From contig OZ024743.1 of assembly GCA_964016885.1 (NCBI GenBank), forward strand, positions 175,336,001 to 175,400,000: a stretch of 64,000 nucleotides of DNA, written 5' to 3'. Source of the DNA: Eledone cirrhosa (lineage: Eukaryota). The notes under the pieces were generated by a model that was not told the DNA's origin, searched no databases, and was given only the letters and a program-made list of their open reading frames with translations. Numbering within the stretch: the stretch's first letter is position 1; every line of letters begins with the position of its first letter. A program made the position numbers and the translations under genes. Shown here piece after piece: positions 59,301 to 64,000 of this stretch.

Positions 59301-62300
59301 CACCACTACCTCTGTCACTACCACTACTGACACCACTACCTCTGTCACTACCACTACTGACACCCCTACCTCATCACTACCACTACTACCACCACTACCT
59401 CTGTCACTACCACTACTGACACCACTACCTCTGTCACTAGCACTGCTACCACCACTACCTCTGGCACTACCACTACTGACACCACTACCTCTGTCACTAC
59501 CACTACTGACACCACTACCTCTGTCACTACCACTACTGACACCCCTACCTCTGTCACTACCACAACTGACACCACTACCTCTGTTACTACCACCACTGAC
59601 ACCACTACCTCTGTCACTACCACTACTGATACCACAACCTCTGTTACTACCACTAATGACACCACTATCTCTTTCACTACCACTACTGACACCACTACCT
59701 CTGTCACTACCACTACTGACACCCCTACCTCTGTCACTACCACTACTGACACCACTACCTCTGTCACTACCACTACTACCACCACTACCTCTGTCACTAC
59801 CACTATTGACAACACTGCCTCTGTCACTACCACTACTGACACCCCTACCTCTGCTACTACCACTACTGACACCACTACCTCTGTCTTTACCACTACTGCC
59901 ACCACTATTTCTGTCACTACCACTACTCACACCACTACCTCTGTCACTACCACTACTACCACCACTACCTCTGTCACTACCACTACTCACACCACTACCT
60001 CTGTCACTACCACTACTGACACCCCTACCTCTGTCACTACCACTACTGACACCCCTACCTCTGTCACTACCACCACTACCTCTGTCACTACCACTACTCA
60101 CACCACTACCTCTGTCACTACCACTACTACCACCACTACCTCTGTCACTACCACTACTGACACCACTACCTCTGTCACTACCACTACTACCACCACTACC
60201 TCTGTCACTACCACTACTACCACCACTATCTCTGTCACTACCACTAGTGACACCCCTACCTCTGTCACTAACACTACTGACACCCCTACCTCTGTCACTA
60301 CCACTACTGACACCACAACCTCTGTCACTACCACTACTGACACCCCTACCTCTGTCACTACCACTACTGACACCACTACCTCTGTCACTACCACTACTAC
60401 CACCACTACCTCTGTCACTACCACTACTGACACCCCTACCTCTGTCACTACCAGTACTGACACCACTACGACTCTCACTACCACTACTGACACCCCTACC
60501 TCTGTCACTATCACTACTACCACCACTACCTCTGTCACTACCACTACTGACACCACTACCTCTGTCACTACCAGTACTGACACCACTACCACTCTCACTA
60601 CCACTACTGACACCCCTACCTCTGTCACTACCACTACTGACACCACTACCTCTGTCACTACCACTACTGACACCACTACCTCTGTCACTACCACTACTGA
60701 CACCACTACCTCTGTCACTACCACTACTGACACCCCTACCTCTGTTACTACCACTACTACCACCACTACCTCTGTCACTACCACTACTGACACCACTACC
60801 TCTGTCACTATCACTACTGACACCACTACCTCTGTCACTACCACTACTGACACCACTACCTCTGTCACTACCACCACTACCACCACTACCTCTGTCACGA
60901 CCACTACTGACACCACTACCTCTGTCAGTACCACTACTGACACCACTACCTCTGTCACTACCACTACTGACACCACTACCTCTGTTACTACCACTACTAC
61001 CACCACTACTGACACCCCTACCTCTGTCACTACCACTACTGACACCACTAACTATGTCACTACCACTACTACCACCACTACCTCTGTCACTACCACTATT
61101 GACAACACTGCCTCTGTCACTACCACTACTGACACCCCTACCTCTGCTACTACCACTACTGACACCACTACCTCTGTCTTTACCACTACTGCCACCACTA
61201 TTTCTGTCACTACCACTACTCACACCACTACCTCTGTCACTACCACTACTACCACCACTACCTCTGTCACTACCACTACTCACACCACTACCTCTGTCAC
61301 TACCACTACTGACACCCCTACCTCTGTCACTACCACTACTGACACCCCTACCTCTGTCACTACCACCACTACCTCTGTCACTACCACTACTCACACCACT
61401 ACCTCTGTCACTACCACTACTACCACCACTACCTCTGTCACTACCACTACTGACACCACTACCTCTGTCACTACCACTACTACCACCACTACCTCTGTCA
61501 CTACCACTACTACCACCACTACCTCTGTCACTACCACTACTGACACCCCTACCTCTGTCACTAACACTACTGACACCCCTACCTCTGTCACTACCACTAC
61601 TGACACCACAACCTCTGTCACTACCACTACTGACACCCCTACCTCTGTCACTACCACTACTGACACCACTACCTCTGTCACTACCACTACTACCACCACT
61701 ACCTCTGTCACTACCACTACTGACACCCCTACCTCTGTCACTACCACTAGTGACACCACTACCTCTGTCACTACCACTACTGCCACCACTACCTCTGGCA
61801 CTACCACTACTGCCACCACTACCTCTGGCACAACCACTACTGACACCCCTACCTCTGTCACTACCACTACTGACACCACTACGACTCTCACTACCACTAC
61901 TGACACCCCTACCTCTGTCACTATCACTACTACCACCACTACCTCTGTCACTACCACTACTGACACCACTACCTCTGTCACTACCAGTACTGACACCACT
62001 ACCACTCTCACTACCACTACTGACACCCCTACCTCTGTCACTACCACTACTGACACCACTACCTCTGTCACTACCACTACTGACACCACTACCTCTGTCA
62101 CTACCACTACTGACACCACTACCTCTGTCACTACCACTACTGACACCCCTACCTCTGTTACTACCACTACTACCACCACTACCTCTGTCACTACCACTAC
62201 TGACACCACTACCTCTGTCACTATCACTACTGACACCACTACCTCTGTCACTACCACTACTGACACCACTACCTCTGTCACTACCACTACTACCACCACT

Positions 62301-64000
62301 ACCTCTGTCACGACCACTACTGACACCACTACCTCTGTCACTACCACTACTGACACCACTACCTCTGTCACTACCACTACTGACACCACTACCTCTGTTA
62401 CTACCACTACTACCACCACTACCTCTGTCACTACCACTACTGACACCACTACCTCTGTCACTACCACTACTGACACCACTACCTCTGTCACTACCACTAC
62501 TACCACCACTACCTCTGTCACTACCACTACTGACACCATTACCTCTGTCACTACCACTACTGAAACCACTACCTCTGTCACTACCACTACTGACACCACT
62601 ACCTCTGTCACTACCACTACTGACACCCCTACCTCTGTCACTACCACTACTGACACCACTACCTCTGTCACTACCACTACTACCACCACTACCTCTGTCA
62701 CTACCACCACTACCACCACTACCTCTGTCACTACCTCTACTGACACCCCTACCTCTGGCACTACCACTACTGACACCACTACCTCTGTCACTCCCAGTAC
62801 TACCACAACTACCTCTGTCACTACCACTATTGACACCACTACCTCTCTCACTACCACTACTACCACCACTACCTCTGTCACTACCACTACTGACACCACT
62901 ACCTCTGTCACTACCACTACTGACACCCCTACCTCTGGCACTACCACTACTGACACCACTACCTCTGTCACTACCACTACTGACACCCCTACCTCTGTTA
63001 CTACCACTACTGACACCACTACCTCTGTCACTACCACTACTGACACCACTACCTCTAACACTACCACTACTACCACCACTACCTCTGTCACTACCACTAC
63101 TGACACCACAACCTCTGTCACTACCACTACTACCACCACTACCTCTGTCACTACCACTACTGACACCACTACCTCTGTCACTACCACTACTGACACCACT
63201 ACCTCTGTCACTACCACTACTGACACCACTACCTCTGTCACTACCACTACTACCACCACTACCTCTGTCACTACCACTACTGACACCAATACCTCTGTCA
63301 CTACCACTACTGACACCCCTACCTCTAACACTACCACTACTACCACCACTACCTCTGTCACTACCACTACTGACACCACAACCTCTGTCACTACCACTAC
63401 TGACACCACTACCTCTGTCACTACCACTACTACCACCACTACCTCTGTCACTACCACTACAGACATCCCTACCTCTGTCACTACCACTACTGACACCCCT
63501 ACCTCTGTCACTACCACTACTGACACCACTACCTCTGTCACTACCACTACTACCACCACTACCTCTGTCACTACCACTACTGACACCAATACCTCTGTCA
63601 CTACCACTACTGACACCCCTACCTCTAACACTACCACTACCACCACCACTACCTCTGTCACTACCACTACTGCCACCACTACCTCTGTCACTACCACTAC
63701 TGACACCACTACCTCTGTCACTACCACTACTGACACCACTACCTCTGTCACTACCACTACTGACACCACTACCTCTGTCACTACGACTACTGACACCACT
63801 ACCTCTGTCACTACCACTACTACCACCACTACCTCTGTCACTACCACTACTGACACCACTACCTCTGTCACTACCACTACTGACACCCCTACCTCTGTCA
63901 CTACCACTACTACCACCACTACCTCTGTCACTACCACTACTGACACCACTACCTCTGTCACTACCACTACTACCACCACTACCTCTGGCACTACCACTAC
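6540..64000 (+). repeat. Giant 30-bp tandem array (about 1,900 units), consensus ACCACTACCTCTGTCACTACCACTACTGAC; runs off the window end
   Basis: Continuous 30-bp periodicity from 6540 to 64000. Consensus is 50% GC and strongly strand-biased (2 G per 30 nt on +). Common variants: GAC/ACC/GCC, ACT/CCT, GTC/GGC/AAC. Confidence 0.99.
9360..23660 (+). CDS. Longest uninterrupted Thr-register block (about 14.3 kb, about 4,760 codons), mucin/PTS-like
   Basis: Same frame as 6504-8309. The track reports it only from the GTG at 13542, but I saw no stop between 9360 and 13542. Ends after a second 2-bp deletion near 23648. Coding status unproven. Confidence 0.33.
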   Translation, partial: TTTSVTTTTDTTTSVTTTTTTTTSVTTTTDTPTSVTTTTDTTTSVTTTTDTTTSVTTTTDTTTSVTTTTTTTTSVTTTTDTTTSVTTTTATTTSVTTTTDTTTSGTTTTDTTTSVTTTTDTTTSVTTTTDTTTSVTTTTTTTTSVTTTTDTTTSVTTTTATTTSVTTTTDTTTSGTTTTDTTTSVTTTTDTTTSVTTTTDTTTSVTTTTDTPTSVTTTTDTTTSVTTTITTTTPVTTTTDTPTSVTTTTATTTSVTTTTDTTTSVTTTTDTTTSVTTTTDNPTSVTTTTTTTTSVTTTTDTPTSVTNTTATTTSVNTTTDTTTSVTTTTDTPTSVTTTTTTTTSVTTTTDTPTSVTTTTTTTTSVTTTTTTTTSVTTTTDTPTSGTTTTTTTTSVTTTTDTPTSGTTTTDTTTSVTTTTTTTTSVTTTTDTPTSGTTTTTTTTSITTTTDTPTSGTTTTDTTTSVTTTTDTTTSVTTTTTTTTSVTTTTDTTTSVTTTTDTTTSLTTTTTTTTSVTTTTDTTTSVTTTITTTTSLTTTTTTTTSVTTTTDTPTSVTTNTTTTTSVTTTTTTTTSVTTTTETTTSGTTTTDTTTSVTTTTDTITSVTTTTTTTTSVTTTTTTTSSVTTTTDTPTSVTTTTDTTTSVTTTTDTTTSVTTTTDTPTSVTTTTDTPTSVTTTTDTTTSVTTTTDTTTSVTTTTATTTSVTTTTDTTTCVTTTTDTTTSVTTTTDNPTSVTTTTTTTTSVTTTTDTPTSVTTTTATTTSVTTTTDTTTSVTTTTDTPTSVTTTTTTTTSVTTTTTTTTSVTTTTDTPTSGTTTTTTTTSVTTTTDTPTSGTTTTDTTTSVTTTTDTTTSVTTTTTTTTSVTTTTDTPTSGTTTTDTTTSVTTTTTTTTSVTTTTDTPTSCTTTTTTTTSVTTTTDTPTSGTTTTDTTTSVTTTTTTTTSVTTTTETTTSVTTTTDTTTSVTTTTDTTTSVTTTTDTPTSVTTTTTTTTSVTTTTDTTTSVTTTTTTTTSVTTTTDTTTSATTTTDTTTSVTTTTTTTTSVTTTTDTTTSVTTTTTTTTSVTTTTDTTTSATTTTDTTTSATTTTDTPTSVTTTTTTTTSVTTTTDTTTSVTTTTTTTTSVTTTTDTTTSATTTTDTTTSATTTTDTTTSVTTTTDTTTSATTTTDTTTSVTTTTDTTTSVTTTTTTTTSVTTTTDTTTSVTTTTTNTTSVTTTTETTTSVTTTTDTTTCVTTTNTTTTSVTITTDTTTSVTTTTDTTTSVTTTTITTTSVTTTTDTTTSVTTTTDTTTSVTTTTTTTTSVTTTTDTTTSVTTTTITTTSVTTTTDTTTTVTTTTDTTTSVTTTTTTTTSVTTTTDTTTSVTTTTITTTSITTTTDTTTSVTTTTDTTTSVTTTTTTTTSVTTTTDTTTSVTTTTDTTTSGTTTTDTTTSITTTTDTITSVTTTTTTTTSVTTTTDTTTSVTTTTDTTTSVTTTTATTTSVTTTTDTTTSVTTTTDTTTSVTTTTDNPTSVTTTTTTTTSVTTTTDTPTSVTTTTATTTSVTTTTDTTTSVTTTTDTPTSVTTTTTTTTSVTTTTTTTTSVTTTTDTPTSGTTTTTTTTSVTTTTDTPTSGTTTTDTTTSVTTTTDTTTSVTTTTTTTTSVTTTTDTPTSGTTTTDTTTSVTTTTTTTTSVTTTTDTPTSCTTTTTTTTSVTTTTDTPTSVTTTTDTPTSNTTTTTTTTSVTTTTDTTTSGTTTTDTTTSVTTTTDTPTSVTTTTDTTTSVTTTTDTTTSVTTTTTTTTSVTTTTDTTTSVTTTTDTTTSVTTTTDTITSVTTTTTTTTSVTTTTDTTTSGTTTTDTTTSVTTTTDTMTSVTTTTTTTTSVTTTTDTTTSGTTTTDTPTSGTTTTDTPTSVTTTTDTTTSVTTTTTTTTSVTTTTDTTTSGTTTTDTPTSVTTTTDTTTSVTTTTTTTTSVTTTTDTTTSVTTTTDTTTSVTTTTDTPTSVTTTTDTTTSNTTTTDTPTCVTTTTDTTASVTTTTDTTTSFTTTTTTTTSNTTTIDTTTSVTTTTDTTTSGTTTTDTTTSNTTTIDTTTSVTTTTDTTTSGTTTTDTTTSGTTTTDTPTSVTTISDTLTSVTTNTDTNTSVTTTTTTTTSVTTTNTTTTSVTTTTDTPNSGTTTTDTTTSVTTTTTTTTSVTTTTDTPTSVTTTTDTTTSGTTTTDTPTSGTTTTDTTTSVTTTTDTPTSVTTSTTTTTSVTTTTDTTASVTTTTDTTTSVTTTTDTTTSFTTTTTTTTSVTTTTDTTTSVTTTSDTPTSVTTNTDTNTSVTTTTTTTTSVTTTTTTTASVTTTTDTTTSVTTTSDTTTSVTTTTDTTASVTTTTTTTTSVTTTTDTTTSVTTTTDTPTSVTTTTDTPTSVTTTTDTTTSVTTTTTTTTSVTTTTDTTTSVTTTTDTTTSVTTTTTTTTSVTTTTDTTTSGTTTTDTPTSVTTTTATTISVTTTTTTTTSVTTTTDTPTSVTTTTDTTTSVTTTTDTTTSVTTTTATTTSVTTTTTTTTSVTTTTDTTTSGTTTTDTPTSVTTTTATTISVTTTTTTTTSVTTTTDTPTSVTTTTDTTTSVTTTTDTTTSVTTTTDTTTSVTTTTTTTTSVTTTTDTTTSVTTTTATTTSVTTTTDTTTSGTTTTDTTTSVTTTTDTTTSVTTTTDTTTSVTTTTDTPTSVTTTTDTTTSVTTTITTTTSVTTTTDTTTPVTTTTDTPTSVTTTTATTTSVTTTTDTTTSVTTTTDTTTSVTTTTDNPTSVTTTTTTTTSVTTTTDTPTSVTNTTATTTSVNTTTDTTTSVTTTTDTPTSVTTTTDTPTSVTTTTDTPTSVTTTTTTTTSVTTTTDTPTSVTNTTATTTSVNTTTDTTTSVTTTTDTPTSVTTTTDTPTSGTTTTDTPTSVTTTTTTTTSVTTTTTTTTSVTTTTDTTTSVTTTTDTPTSVTTTTTTTTSGTTTTTTTTSVTTTTDTPTSGTTTTDTTTSVTTTTTTTTSGTTTTSGTTTTDTTTSVTTTTTTTTSVTTTTDTTTSVTTTTDTTTSVTTTTDTTTSVTPSTTTTTSVTTTTDTTTSVTTTTETTTSVTTTSDTTTSVTTTTTTTTSLTTTTDTTTSGTTTTDTTTSVTTTITTTTSLTTTTTTTTSVTTTTTTTTSVTTTTETTTSVTTTTDTPTSVTTTTDTTTSLTTTTTTTTSVTTTTITTTSVTTTTDTTTSVTTTTTTTTSVTTTTTTTTSVTTTTTTTTSVTTTTETTTSGTTTTDTTTSVTTTTDTPTSVTTTTTTTTSVTTTTDTTTSVTTTTDTPTSVTTTTATTTSVTTTTDTTTCVTTTTDTTTSVTTTTDNPTSVTTTTTTTTSVTTTTDTPTSVTTTTATTTSVTTTTDTTTSVTTTTDTPTSVTTTTTTTTSVTTTTTTTTSVTTTTDTPTSGTTTTTTTTSVTTTTDTPTSGTTTTDTTTSVTTTTDTTTSVTTTTTTTTSVTTTTDTPTSGTTTTDTTTSVTTTTTTTTSVTTTTDTPTSCTTTTTTTTSVTTTTDTPTSGTTTTDTTTSVTTTTTTTTSVTTTTETTTSVTTTTDTTTSVTTTTDTTTSVTTTTDTPTSVTTTTTTTTSVTTTTDTTTSVTTTTTTTTSVTTTTDTTTSATTTTDTTTSVTTTTTTTTSVTTTTDTTTSVTTTTTTTTSVTTTTDTTTSATTTTDTTTSATTTTDTPTSVTTTTTTTTSVTTTTDTTTSVTTTTTTTTSVTTTTDTTTSATTTTDTTTSATTTTDTTTSVTTTTDTTTSATTTTDTTTSVTTTTDTTTSVTTTTTTTTSVTTTTDTTTSVTTTTTNTTSVTTTTETTTSVTTTTDTTTCVTTTTTTTTSVTITTDTTTSVTTTTDTTTSVTTTTITTTSVTTTTDTTTSVTTTTDTTTSVTTTTTTTTSVTTTTDTTTSVTTTTITTTSVTTTTDTTTTVTTTTDTTTSVTTTTTTTTSVTTTTDTTTSVTTTTITTTSITTTTDTTTSVTTTTDTTTSVTTTTTTTTSVTTTTDTTTSVTTTTDTTTSGTTTTDTTTSITTTTDTITSVTTTTTTTTSVTTTTDTTTSVTTTTDTTTSVTTTTATTTSVTTTTDTTTTTDTTTSVTTTTATTTSVTTTTDTTTTTDTTTSVTTTTDTTTSVTTTTDNPTSVTTTTTTTTSVTTTTDTPTSVTTTTATTTSVTTTTDTTTSVTTTTDTPTSVTTTTTTTTSVTTTTTTTTSVTTTTDTPTSGTTTTTTTTSVTTTTDTPTSGTTTTDTTTSVTTTTDTTTSVTTTTTTTTSVTTTTDTPTSGTTTTDTTTSVTTTTTTTTSVTTTTDTPTSCTTTTTTTTSVTTTTDTPTSVTTTTDTPTSNTTTTTTTTSVTTTTDTTTSGTTTTDTTTSVTTTTDTPTSVTTTTTTTTSVTTTTDTTTSVTTTTTTTTSVTTTTDTTTSVTTTTDTTTSVTTTTDTITSVTTTTTTTTSVTTTTDTTTSGTTTTDTTTSVTTTTDTITSVTTTTTTTTSVTTTTDTTTSGTTTTDTPTSGTTTTDTPTSVTTTTDTTTSVTTTTTTTTSVTTTTDTTTSGTTTTDTPTSVTTTTDTTTSVTTTTTTTTSVTTTTDTPTSGTTTTTTTTSVTTTTDTTTSVTTTTTTTTSVTTTTETPTSVTTTTDTTTSVTTTTDTTTSVTTTTDTTTSVTTTTTTTTSITTTTDTTTSVTTTTDTTTSVTTTTDTPTSNTTTTTTTTSVTTTTDTTASVTTTTDTTTSFTTTTTTTTSNYHY

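Noticed and set aside
6508-59419. Leu/Pro-rich + strand ORFs as independent genes
   Set aside because: Alternative frame of the repeat; its stops mostly come from changes that are silent in the Thr frame.
6491-63997. Minus-strand poly-Val ORFs (VVVVTEVVVS)
   Set aside because: Antisense shadow of the Thr register, repeatedly broken by stops, starting at arbitrary GTG/ATG inside the repeat, with implausible composition.
6540-64000. CRISPR array
   Set aside because: The 30-bp units are head-to-tail with no unique spacers; there are no cas genes and the context is eukaryotic.
6540-64000. Telomeric or subtelomeric repeat
   Set aside because: No TTAGGG-type units; strand bias alone is insufficient.

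Overview
Eukaryotic, AT-rich animal genomic DNA; the SINE type and (TA)/(CA)/(GTA) microsatellites resemble octopus/cephalopod sequence (inference from recall, no search run). There are no prokaryotic features. Bases 1-6.5 kb are a mosaic of decayed transposons: an 88-bp hAT-like MITE, an RTE-clade LINE 3' fragment, a tRNA-derived SINE and a D34D mariner remnant. The same stretch holds three long near-perfect inverted repeats within 2.5 kb, a possible signal-peptide exon and microsatellites. From 6540 to the window end (>57.4 kb, about 1,900 units) runs one tandem array of a 30-bp unit, ACCACTACCTCTGTCACTACCACTACTGAC, reading TTTSVTTTTD in one + strand register (mucin-like). The array starts abruptly just downstream of a splice-acceptor-like tract, has nested higher-order duplications of about 1.3-8.5 kb, and is broken by 14 short deletions (1-2 bp), several of which recur in paralogous blocks. 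It is either a giant, possibly frameshifted Thr-rich mucin-type exon or a codon-like satellite; the sequence alone cannot decide. The long poly-Val, Leu/Pro and Ser/Gly ORFs in the track are shadow frames of this repeat.
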